A stretch of DNA of 64,000 nucleotides from Auanema rhodensis (Eukaryota > Animalia > Nematoda). Location: assembly GCA_964057225.1 (NCBI GenBank), contig OZ059895.1:22692001-22756000 (forward strand). The letters run 5' to 3'. Both the position numbers and the translations under genes were made by a program. This document shows, in pieces, positions 22,815-36,151 of this stretch; position 1 is the stretch's first letter; each line of letters opens with the position of its first letter. A model generated the notes under the pieces. It was not told the DNA's origin and did not search any database. It saw only the letters and a program-made list of their open reading frames with translations.

Positions 22815-25800
22815 ATATCCTCGATTTTCACCCTGAAGAATTAATTTTTTCGTTGAATAACAATGTCCATCGTCTTTGCCTTGAAAAAAGAAATCTAAAA
22901 ACATCTACTTTTTGCTAAATTATTTTGAAATTTTTCGAAAAAATTTTTGTCAAAATGTTTTTAGAAGTAATGTTGAGTGTACATGGAAACTCAACATACA
23001 CTAATGCATCATTTTTCAAACGATCATAACTAATTTTTGTATTAAGCGTTTCTCAATGTAGTATAGTGCATTCGATGCGGATTTTTAAGCTGCAATGATC
23101 TGTGTTATCAGATTTGCGCTAGCTTAAAAATGCACCGAGATATCAACTGATATAAGTTCACACTTATATCCTCGATTTTCACCCTGAAGAATTAATTTTT
23201 TCGTTGAATAACAATGTCCATCGTTTTTGCCTTGAAAAAAGAAATCTAAAAACATCTACTTTTTGCTAAATTATTTTGAAATTTTTCGAAAAAATTTTTG
23301 TCAAAATGTTTTTGGAAGCAATGTTGAGTGTACATGGAAACTCAACATACACTAATGCATCATTTTTCAAACGATCATAACTAATTTTTGTATTAAGCGT
23401 TTCTCAATGTAGTATAGTGCATTCGATGCGGATTTTTAAGCTGCGTCGATCTGTGTTATCAGATTTGCGCTAGCTTAAAAATGCACCGAGATATCAACTG
23501 ATATATGTTCACACTTATATCCTCGATTTTCACCCTGAAGAATTAATTTTTTCGTTGAATAACAATGTCCATCGTCTTTGCCTTGAAAAAAGAAATCTAA
23601 AAACATCTACTTTTTGCTAAATTATTTTGAAATTTTTCGAAAAAATTTTTGTCAAAATGTTTTTAGAAGTAATGTTGAGTGTACATGGAAACTCAACATA
23701 CACTAATGCATCATTTTTCAAACGATCATAACTAATTTTTGTATTAAGCGTTTCTCAATGTAGTATAGTGCATTCGATGCGGATTTTTGAGCTGCAATGA
23801 TCTGTGTTATCAGATTTGCGCTAGCTTAAAAATGCACCGAGATATCAACTGATATATGTTCACACTTATATCCTCGATTTTCACCCTGAAGAATTAATTT
23901 TTTCGTTGAATAACAATGTCCATCGTCTTTGCCTTGAAAAAAGGAATCTAAAAACATCTACTTTTTGCTAAATTATTTTGAAATTTTTCGAAAAAATTTT
24001 TGTCAAAATGTTTTTGGAAGCAATGTTGAGTGTACATGGAAACTCAACATACACTAATGCATCATTTTTCAAACGATCATAACTAATTTTTGTATTAAGC
24101 GTTTCTCAATGTAGTATAGTGCATTCGATGCGGATTTTTAAGCTGCGTCGTTCTGTGTTATCAGATTTGCGCTAGCTTAAAAATGCACCGAGATATCAAC
24201 TGATATAAGTTCACACTTATATCCTCGATTTTCACCCTGAAGAATTAATTTTTTCGTTGAATAACAATGTCCATCGTCTTTGCCTTGAAAAAAGAAATCT
24301 AAAAACATCTACTTTTTGCTAAATTATTTTGAAATTTTTCGAAAAAATTTTTGTCAAAATGTTTTTGGAAGCAATGTTGAGTGTACATGGAAACTCAACA
24401 TACACTAATGCATCATTTTTCAAACGATCATAACTAATTTTTGTATTAAGCGTTTCTCAATGTAGTATAGTGCATTCGATGCGGATTTTTAAGCTGCGTC
24501 GTTCTGTGTTATCAGATTTGCGCTAGCTTAAAAATGCACCGAGATATCAACTGATATAAGTTCACACTTATATCCTCGATTTTCACCCTGAAGAATTAAT
24601 TTTTTCGTTGAATAACAATGTCCATCGTCTTTGCCTTGAAAAAAGAAATCTAAAAACATCTACTTTTTGCTAAATTATTTTGAAATTTTTCGAAAAAATT
24701 TTTGTCAAAATGTTTTTAGAAGTAATGTTGAGTGTACATGGAAACTCAACATACACTAATGCATCATTTTTCAAACGATCATAACTAATTTTTGTATTAA
24801 GCGTTTCTCAATGTAGTATAGTGCATTCGATGCGGATTTTTAAGCTGCAATGATCTGTGTTATCAGATTTGCGCTAGCTTAAAAATGCACCGAGATATCA
24901 ACTGATATAAGTTCACACTTATATCCTCGATTTTCACCCTGAAGAATTAATTTTTTCGTTGAATAACAATGTCCATCGTCTTTGCCTTGAAAAAAGAAAT
25001 CTAAAAACATCTACTTTTTGCTAAATTATTTTGAAATTTTTCGAAAAAATTTTTGTCAAAATGTTTTTGGAAGCAATGTTGAGTGTACATGGAAACTCAA
25101 CATACACTAATGCATCATTTTTCAAACGATCATAACTAATTTTTGTATTAAGCGTTTCTCAATGTAGTATAGTGCATTCGATGCGGATTTTTAAGCTGCG
25201 TCGATCTGTGTTATCAGATTTGCGCTAGCTTAAAAATGCACCGAGATATCAACTGATATATGTTCACACTTATATCCTCGATTTTCACCCTGAAGAATTA
25301 ATTTTTTCGTTGAATAACAATGTCCATCGTCTTTGCCTTGAAAAAAGAAATCTAAAAACATCTACTTTTTGCTAAATTATTTTGAAATTTTTCGAAAAAA
25401 TTTTTGTCAAAATGTTTTTAGAAGTAATGTTGAGTGTACATGGAAACTCAACATACACTAATGCATCATTTTTCAAACGATCATAACTAATTTTTGTATT
25501 AAGCGTTTCTCAATGTAGTATAGTGCATTCGATGCGGATTTTTGAGCTGCAATGATCTGTGTTATCAGATTTGCGCTAGCTTAAAAATGCACCGAGATAT
25601 CAACTGATATATGTTCACACTTATATCCTCGATTTTCACCCTGAAGAATTAATTTTTTCGTTGAATAACAATGTCCATCGTCTTTGCCTTGAAAAAAGGA
25701 ATCTAAAAACATCTACTTTTTGCTAAATTATTTTGAAATTTTTCGAAAAAATTTTTGTCAAAATGTTTTTGGAAGCAATGTTGAGTGTACATGGAAACTC

Positions 25801-26675
25801 AACATACACTAATGCATCATTTTTCAAACGATCATAACTAATTTTTGTATTAAGCGTTTCTCAATGTAGTATAGTGCATTCGATGCGGATTTTTAAGCTG
25901 CGTCGTTCTGTGTTATCAGATTTGCGCTAGCTTAAAAATGCACCGAGATATCAACTGATATAAGTTCACACTTATATCCTCGATTTTCACCCTGAAGAAT
26001 TAATTTTTTCGTTGAATAACAATGTCCATCGTCTTTGCCTTGAAAAAAGAAATCTAAAAACATCTACTTTTTGCTAAATTATTTTGAAATTTTTCGAAAA
26101 AATTTTTGTCAAAATGTTTTTGGAAGCAATGTTGAGTGTACATGGAAACTCAACATACACTAATGCATCATTTTTCAAACGATCATAACTAATTTTTGTA
26201 TTAAGCGTTTCTCAATGTAGTATAGTGCATTCGATGCGGATTTTTAAGCTGCGTCGTTCTGTGTTATCAGATTTGCGCTAGCTTAAAAATGCACCGAGAT
26301 ATCAACTGATATAAGTTCACACTTATATCCTTGATTTTCACCCTGAAGAATTAATTTTTTCGTTGAATAACAATGTCCATCGTCTTTGCCTTGAAAAAAG
26401 AAATCTAAAAACATCTACTTTTTGCTAAATTATTTTGAAATTTTTCGAAAAAATTTTTGTCAAAATGTTTTTAGAAGTAATGTTGAGTGTACATGGAAAC
26501 TCAACATACACTAATGCATCATTTTTCAAACGATCATAACTAATTTTTGTATTAAGCGTTTCTCAATGTAGTATAGTGCATTCGATGCGGATTTTTAAGC
26601 TGCAATGATCTGTGTTATCAGATTTGCGCTAGCTTAAAAATGCACCGAGATATCAACTGATATAAGTTCACACTT
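22815..26675. repeat. 5-mer HOR (1755 bp), about 2.2 copies
   Basis: Monomers 66-70 match 71-75 in subtype; the monomer with TTAGAAGT + TTTGAGCTGCAATG starts at 23517 and 25272. Confidence 0.82.
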
Positions 26676-27728
26676 ATATCCTCGATTTTCACCCTGAAGA
26701 ATTAATTTTTTCGTTGAATAACAATGTCCATCGTCTTTGCCTTGAAAAAAGAAATCTAAAAACATCTACTTTTTGCTAAATTATTTTGAAATTTTTCGAA
26801 AAAATTTTTGTCAAAATGTTTTTGGAAGCAATGTTGAGTGTACATGGAAACTCAACATACACTAATGCATCATTTTTCAAACGATCATAACTAATTTTTG
26901 TATTAAGCGTTTCTCAATGTAGTATAGTGCATTCGATGCGGATTTTTGAGCTGCAATGATCTGTGTTATCAGATTTGCGCTAGCTTAAAAATGCACCGAG
27001 ATATCAACTGATATATGTTCACACTTATATCCTCGATTTTCACCCTGAAGAATTAATTTTTTCGTTGAATAACAATGTCCATCGTCTTTGCCTTGAAAAA
27101 AGGAATCTAAAAACATCTACTTTTTGCTAAATTATTTTGAAATTTTTCGAAAAAATTTTTGTCAAAATGTTTTTGGAAGCAATGTTGAGTGTACATGGAA
27201 ACTCAACATACACTAATGCATCATTTTTCAAACGATCATAACTAATTTTTGTATTAAGCGTTTCTCAATGTAGTATAGTGCATTCGACGCGGATTTTTAA
27301 GCTGCGTCGTTCTGTGTTATCAGATTTGCGCTAGCTTAAAAATGCACCGAGATATCAACTGATATAAGTTCACACTTATATCCTCGATTTTCACCCTGAA
27401 GAATTAATTTTTTCGTTGAATAACAATGTCCATCGTCTTTGCCTTGAAAAAAGAAATCTAAAAACATCTACTTTTTGCTAAATTATCTTGAAATTTTTCG
27501 AAAAAATTTTTGTCAAAATGTTTTTGGAAGCAATGTTGAGTGTACATGGAAACTCAACATACACTAATGCATCATTTTTCAAACGATCATAACTAATTTT
27601 TGTATTAAGCGTTTCTCAATGTAGTATAGTGCATTCGATGCGGATTTTTAAGCTGCAATGATCTGTGTTATCAGATTTGCGCTAGCTTAAAAATGCACCG
27701 AGATATCAACTGATATAAGTTCACACTT

Positions 27729-30700
27729 ATATCCTCGATTTTCACCCTGAAGAATTAATTTTTTCGTTGAATAACAATGTCCATCGTCTTTGCCTTGAAA
27801 AAAGAAATCTAAAAACATCTACTTTTTGCTAAATTATCTTGAAATTTTTCGAAAAAATTTTTGTCAAAATGTTTTTGGAAGCAATGTTGAGTGTACATGG
27901 AAACTCAACATACACTAATGCATCATTTTTCAAACGATCATAACTAATTTTTGTATTAAGCGTTTCTCAATGTAGTATAGTGCATTCGATGCGGATTTTT
28001 AAGCTGCGTCGATCTGTGTTATCAGATTTGCGCTAGCTTAAAAATGCACCGAGATATCAACTGATATATGTTCACACTTATATCCTCGATTTTCACCCTG
28101 AAGAATTAATTTTTTCGTTGAATAACAATGTTCATCGTCTTTGCCTTGAAAAAAGGAATCTAAAAACATCTACTTTTTGCTAAATTATTTTGAAATTTTT
28201 CGAAAAAATTTTTGTCAAAATGTTTTTGGAAGCAATGTTGAGTGTACATGGAAACTCAACATACACTAATGCATCATTTTTCAAACGATCATAACTAATT
28301 TTTGTATTAAGCGTTTCTCAATGTAGTATAGTGCATTCGATGCGGATTTTTAAGCTGCGTCGTTCTGTGTTATCAGATTTGCGCTAGCTTAAAAATGCAC
28401 CGAGATATCAACTGATATAAGTTCACACTTATATCCTCGATTTTCACCCTGAAGAATTAATTTTTTCGTTGAATAACAATGTCCATCGTCTTTGCCTTGA
28501 AAAAAGAAATCTAAAAACATCTACTTTTTGCTAAATTATTTTGAAATTTTTCGAAAAAATTTTTGTCAAAATGTTTTTAGAAGTAATGTTGAGTGTACAT
28601 GGAAACTCAACATACACTAATGCATCATTTTTCAAACGATCATAACTAATTTTTGTATTAAGCGTTTCTCAATGTAGTATAGTGCATTCGATGCGGATTT
28701 TTAAGCTGCAATGATCTGTGTTATCAGATTTGCGCTAGCTTAAAAATGCACCGAGATATCAACTGATATAAGTTCACACTTATATCCTCGATTTTCACCC
28801 TGAAGAATTAATTTTTTCGTTGAATAACAATGTCCATCGTCTTTGCCTTGAAAAAAGAAATCTAAAAACATCTACTTTTTGCTAAATTATTTTGAAATTT
28901 TTCGAAAAAATTTTTGTCAAAATGTTTTTGGAAGCAATGTTGAGTGTACATGGAAACTCAACATACACTAATGCATCATTTTTCAAACGATCATAACTAA
29001 TTTTTGTATTAAGCGTTTCTCAATGTAGTATAGTGCATTCGATGCGGATTTTTAAGCTGCGTCGATCTGTGTTATCAGATTTGCGCTAGCTTAAAAATGC
29101 ACCGAGATATCAACTGATATATGTTCACACTTATATCCTCGATTTTCACCCTGAAGAATTAATTTTTTCGTTGAATAACAATGTTCATCGTCTTTGCCTT
29201 GAAAAAAGGAATCTAAAAACATCTACTTTTTGCTAAATTATTTTGAAATTTTTCGAAAAAATTTTTGTCAAAATGTTTTTGGAAGCAATGTTGAGTGTAC
29301 ATGGAAACTCAACATACACTAATGCATCATTTTTCAAACGATCATAACTAATTTTTGTATTAAGCGTTTCTCAATGTAGTATAGTGCATTCGATGCGGAT
29401 TTTTAAGCTGCGTCGTTCTGTGTTATCAGATTTGCGCTAGCTTAAAAATGCACCGAGATATCAACTGATATAAGTTCACACTTATATCCTCGATTTTCAC
29501 CCTGAAGAATTAATTTTTTCGTTGAATAACAATGTCCATCGTCTTTGCCTTGAAAAAAGAAATCTAAAAACATCTACTTTTTGCTAAATTATTTTGAAAT
29601 TTTTCGAAAAAATTTTTGTCAAAATGTTTTTAGAAGTAATGTTGAGTGTACATGGAAACTCAACATACACTAATGCATCATTTTTCAAACGATCATAACT
29701 AATTTTTGTATTAAGCGTTTCTCAATGTAGTATAGTGCATTCGATGCGGATTTTTAAGCTGCAATGATCTGTGTTATCAGATTTGCGCTAGCTTAAAAAT
29801 GCACCGAGATATCAACTGATATAAGTTCACACTTATATCCTCGATTTTCACCCTGAAGAATTAATTTTTTCGTTGAATAACAATGTCCATCGTCTTTGCC
29901 TTGAAAAAAGAAATCTAAAAACATCTACTTTTTGCTAAATTATCTTGAAATTTTTCGAAAAAATTTTTGTCAAAATGTTTTTGGAAGCAATGTTGAGTGT
30001 ACATGGAAACTCAACATACACTAATGCATCATTTTTCAAACGATCATAACTAATTTTTGTATTAAGCGTTTCTCAATGTAGTATAGTGCATTCGATGCGG
30101 ATTTTTAAGCTGCGTCGATCTGTGTTATCAGATTTGCGCTAGCTTAAAAATGCACCGAGATATCAACTGATATATGTTCACACTTATATCCTCGATTTTC
30201 ACCCTGAAGAATTAATTTTTTCGTTGAATAACAATGTTCATCGTCTTTGCCTTGAAAAAAGGAATCTAAAAACATCTACTTTTTGCTAAATTATTTTGAA
30301 ATTTTTCGAAAAAATTTTTGTCAAAATGTTTTTGGAAGCAATGTTGAGTGTACATGGAAACTCAACATACACTAATGCATCATTTTTCAAACGATCATAA
30401 CTAATTTTTGTATTAAGCGTTTCTCAATGTAGTATAGTGCATTCGATGCGGATTTTTAAGCTGCGTCGTTCTGTGTTATCAGATTTGCGCTAGCTTAAAA
30501 ATGCACCGAGATATCAACTGATATAAGTTCACACTTATATCCTCGATTTTCACCCTGAAGAATTAATTTTTTCGTTGAATAACAATGTCCATCGTCTTTG
30601 CCTTGAAAAAAGAAATCTAAAAACATCTACTTTTTGCTAAATTATTTTGAAATTTTTCGAAAAAATTTTTGTCAAAATGTTTTTAGAAGTAATGTTGAGT

Positions 30701-32993
30701 GTACATGGAAACTCAACATACACTAATGCATCATTTTTCAAACGATCATAACTAATTTTTGTATTAAGCGTTTCTCAATGTAGTATAGTGCATTCGATGC
30801 GGATTTTTAAGCTGCAATGATCTGTGTTATCAGATTTGCGCTAGCTTAAAAATGCACCGAGATATCAACTGATATAAGTTCACACTTATATCCTCGATTT
30901 TCACCCTGAAGAATTAATTTTTTCGTTGAATAACAATGTCCATCGTCTTTGCCTTGAAAAAAGAAATCTAAAAACATCTACTTTTTGCTAAATTATTTTG
31001 AAATTTTTCGAAAAAATTTTTGTCAAAATGTTTTTGGAAGCAATGTTGAGTGTACATGGAAACTCAACATACACTAATGCATCATTTTTCAAACGATCAT
31101 AACTAATTTTTGTATTAAGCGTTTCTCAATGTAGTATAGTGCATTCGATGCGGATTTTTAAGCTGCGTCGATCTGTGTTATCAGATTTGCGCTAGCTTAA
31201 AAATGCACCGAGATATCAACTGATATATGTTCACACTTATATCCTCGATTTTCACCCTGAAGAATTAATTTTTTCGTTGAATAACAATGTTCATCGTCTT
31301 TGCCTTGAAAAAAGGAATCTAAAAACATCTACTTTTTGCTAAATTATTTTGAAATTTTTCGAAAAAATTTTTGTCAAAATGTTTTTGGAAGCAATGTTGA
31401 GTGTACATGGAAACTCAACATACACTAATGCATCATTTTTCAAACGATCATAACTAATTTTTGTATTAAGCGTTTCTCAATGTAGTATAGTGCATTCGAT
31501 GCGGATTTTTAAGCTGCGTCGTTCTGTGTTATCAGATTTGCGCTAGCTTAAAAATGCACCGAGATATCAACTGATATAAGTTCACACTTATATCCTCGAT
31601 TTTCACCCTGAAGAATTAATTTTTTCGTTGAATAACAATGTCCATCGTCTTTGCCTTGAAAAAAGAAATCTAAAAACATCTACTTTTTGCTAAATTATTT
31701 TGAAATTTTTCGAAAAAATTTTTGTCAAAATGTTTTTAGAAGTAATGTTGAGTGTACATGGAAACTCAACATACACTAATGCATCATTTTTCAAACGATC
31801 ATAACTAATTTTTGTATTAAGCGTTTCTCAATGTAGTATAGTGCATTCGATGCGGATTTTTAAGCTGCAATGATCTGTGTTATCAGATTTGCGCTAGCTT
31901 AAAAATGCACCGAGATATCAACTGATATAAGTTCACACTTATATCCTCGATTTTCACCCTGAAGAATTAATTTTTTCGTTGAATAACAATGTCCATCGTC
32001 TTTGCCTTGAAAAAAGAAATCTAAAAACATCTACTTTTTGCTAAATTATTTTGAAATTTTTCGAAAAAATTTTTGTCAAAATGTTTTTGGAAGCAATGTT
32101 GAGTGTACATGGAAACTCAACATACACTAATGCATCATTTTTCAAACGATCATAACTAATTTTTGTATTAAGCGTTTCTCAATGTAGTATAGTGCATTCG
32201 ATGCGGATTTTTAAGCTGCGTCGATCTGTGTTATCAGATTTGCGCTAGCTTAAAAATGCACCGAGATATCAACTGATATATGTTCACACTTATATCCTCG
32301 ATTTTCACCCTGAAGAATTAATTTTTTCGTTGAATAACAATGTTCATCGTCTTTGCCTTGAAAAAAGGAATCTAAAAACATCTACTTTTTGCTAAATTAT
32401 TTTGAAATTTTTCGAAAAAATTTTTGTCAAAATGTTTTTGGAAGCAATGTTGAGTGTACATGGAAACTCAACATACACTAATGCATCATTTTTCAAACGA
32501 TCATAACTAATTTTTGTATTAAGCGTTTCTCAATGTAGTATAGTGCATTCGATGCGGATTTTTAAGCTGCGTCGTTCTGTGTTATCAGATTTGCGCTAGC
32601 TTAAAAATGCACCGAGATATCAACTGATATAAGTTCACACTTATATCCTCGATTTTCACCCTGAAGAATTAATTTTTTCGTTGAATAACAATGTCCATCG
32701 TCTTTGCCTTGAAAAAAAAAATCTAAAAACATCTACTTTTTGCTAAATTATTTTGAAATTTTTCGAAAAAATTTTTGTCAAAATGTTTTTAGAAGTAATG
32801 TTGAGTGTACATGGAAACTCAACATACACTAATGCATCATTTTTCAAACGATCATAACTAATTTTTGTATTAAGCGTTTCTCAATGTAGTATAGTGCATT
32901 CGATGCTGATTTTTAAGCTGCAATGATCTGTGTTATCAGATTTGCGCTAGCTTAAAAATGCACCGAGATATCAACTGATATAAGTTCACACTT
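27729..32993. repeat. 3-mer HOR (1053 bp), five copies
   Basis: GTTC+GTCGTT monomers start at 28080, 29133, 30186, 31239 and 32292, each followed by a TTAGAAGT/GCAATG monomer and preceded by a GA/T341 monomer. Confidence 0.9.
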
Positions 32994-35900
32994 ATATCCT
33001 CGATTTTCACCCTGAAGAATTAATTTTTTCGTTGAATAACAATGTCCATCGTCTTTGCCTTGAAAAAAGAAATCTAAAAACATCTACTTTTTGCTAAATT
33101 ATTTTGAAATTTTTCGAAAAAATTTTTGTCAAAATGTTTTTAGAAGTAATGTTGAGTGTACATGGAAACTCAACATACACTAATGCATCATTTTTCAAAC
33201 GATCATAACTAATTTTTGTATTAAGCGTTTCTCAATGTAGTATAGTGCATTCGATGCGGATTTTTAAGCTGCAATGATCTGTGTTATCAGATTTGCGCTA
33301 GCTTAAAAATGCACCGAGATATCAACTGATATAAGTTCACACTTATATCCTCGATTTTCACCCTGAAGAATTAATTTTTTCGTTGAATAACAATGTCCAT
33401 CGTCTTTGCCTTGAAAAAAGAAATCTAAAAACATCTACTTTTTGCTAAATTATTTTGAAATTTTTCGAAAAAATTTTTGTCAAAATGTTTTTAGAAGTAA
33501 TGTTGAGTGTACATGGAAACTCAACATACACTAATGCATCATTTTTCAAACGATCATAACTAATTTTTGTATTAAGCGTTTCTCAATGTAGTATAGTGCA
33601 TTCGATGCGGATTTTTAAGCTGCAATGATCTGTGTTATCAGATTTGCGCTAGCTTAAAAATGCACCGAGATATCAACTGATATAAGTTCACACTTATATC
33701 CTCGATTTTCACCCTGAAGAATTAATTTTTTCGTTGAATAACAATGTCCATCGTCTTTGCCTTGAAAAAAGAAATCTAAAAACATCTACTTTTTGCTAAA
33801 TTATTTTGAAATTTTTCGAAAAAATTTTTGTCAAAATGTTTTTGGAAGCAATGTTGAGTGTACATGGAAACTCAACATACACTAATGCATCATTTTTCAA
33901 ACGATCATAACTAATTTTTGTATTAAGCGTTTCTCAATGTAGTATAGTGCATTCGATGCGGATTTTTAAGCTGCGTCGATCTGTGTTATCAGATTTGCGC
34001 TAGCTTAAAAATGCACCGAGATATCAACTGATATATATTCACACTTATATCCTCGATTTTCACCCTGAAGAATTAATTTTTTCGTTGAATAACAATGTTC
34101 ATCGTCTTTGCCTTGAAAAAAGGAATCTAAAAGATCTACTTTTTGCTAAATTATTTTGAAATTTTTCGAAAAAAGTTTTGTCAAAATGTTTTTGGAAGCA
34201 ATGTTGAGTGTACATGGAAACTCAACATACACTAATGCATCATTTTTCAAACGATCATAACTAATTTTTGTATTAAGCGTTTCTCAATGTAGTATAGTGC
34301 ATTCGATGCGGATTTTTAAGCTGCGTCGATCTGTGTTATCAGATTTGCGCTAGCTTAAAAATGCACCGAGATATCAACTGATATATGTTCACACTTATAT
34401 CCTCGATTTTCACCCTGAAGAATTAATTTTTTCGTTGAATAACAATGTTCATCGTCTTTGCCTTGAAAAAAGGAATCTAAAAACATCTACTTTTTGCTAA
34501 ATTATTTTGAAATTTTTCGAAAAAATTTTTGTCAAAATGTTTTTGGAAGCAATGTTGAGTGTACATGGAAACTCAACATACACTAATGCATCATTTTTCA
34601 AACGATCATAACTAATTTTTGTATTAAGCGTTTCTCAATGTAGTATAGTGCATTCGATGCGGATTTTTAAGCTGCGTCGATCTGTGTTATCAGATTTGCG
34701 CTAGCTTAAAAATGCACCGAGATATCAACTGATATAAGTTCACACTTATATCCTCGATTTTCACCCTGAAGAATTAATTTTTTCGTTGAATAACAATGTC
34801 CATCGTCTTTGCCTTGAAAAAAGAAATCTAAAAACATCTACTTTTTGCTAAATTATTTTGAAATTTTTCGAAAAAATTTTTGTCAAAATGTTTTTAGAAG
34901 CAATGTTGAGTGTACATGGAAACTCAACATACACTAATGCATCATTTTTCAAACGATCATAACTAATTTTTGTATTAAGCGTTTCTCAATGTAGTATAGT
35001 GCATTCGATGCGGATTTTTAAGCTGCAATGATCTGTGTTATCAGATTTGCGCTAGCTTAAAAATGCACCGAGATATCAACTGATATAAGTTCACACTTAT
35101 ATCCTCGATTTTCACCCTGAAGAATTAATTTTTTCGTTGAATAACAATGTCCATCGTCTTTGCCTTGAAAAAAGAAATCTAAAAACATCTACTTTTTGCT
35201 AAATTATTTTGAAATTTTTCGAAAAAATTTTTGTCAAAATGTTTTTGGAAGCAATGTTGAGTGTACATGGAAACTCAACATACACTAATGCATCATTTTT
35301 CAAACGATCATAACTAATTTTTGTATTAAGCGTTTCTCAATGTAGTATAGTGCATTCGATGCGGATTTTTAAGCTGCGTCGATCTGTGTTATCAGATTTG
35401 CGCTAGCTTAAAAATGCACCGAGATATCAACTGATATAAGTTCACACTTATATCCTCGATTTTCACCCTGAAGAATTAATTTTTTCGTTGAATAACAATG
35501 TCCATCGTCTTTGCCTTGAAAAAACAAATCTAAAAACATCTACTTTTTGCTAAATTATTTTGAAATTTTTCGAAAAAATTTTTGTCAAAATGTTTTTGGA
35601 AGCAATGTTGAGTGTACATGGAAACTCAACATACACTAATGCATCATTTTTCAAACGATCATAACTAATTTTTGTATTAAGCGTTTCTCAATGTAGTATA
35701 GTGCATTCGATGCGGATTTTTAAGCTGCGTCGATCTGTGTTATCAGATTTGCGCTAGCTTAAAAATGCACCGAGATATCAACTGATATAAGTTCACACTT
35801 ATATCCTCGATTTTCACCCTGAAGAATTAATTTTTTCGTTGAATAACAATGTTCATCGTCTTTGCCTTGAAAAAAGGAATCTAAAAACATCTACTTTTTG

Positions 35901-36151
35901 CTACATTATTTTGAAATTTTTCGAAAAAATTTTTGTCAAAATGTTTTTGGAAGCAATGTTGAGTGTACATGGAAACTCAACATACACTAATGCATCATTT
36001 TTCAAACGATCATAACTAATTTTTGTATTAAGCGTTTCTCAATGTAGTATAGTGCATTCGATGCGGATTTTTAAGCTGCGTCGATCTGTGTTATCAGATT
36101 TGCGCTAGCTTAAAAATGCACCGAGATATCAACTGATATAAGTTCACACTT

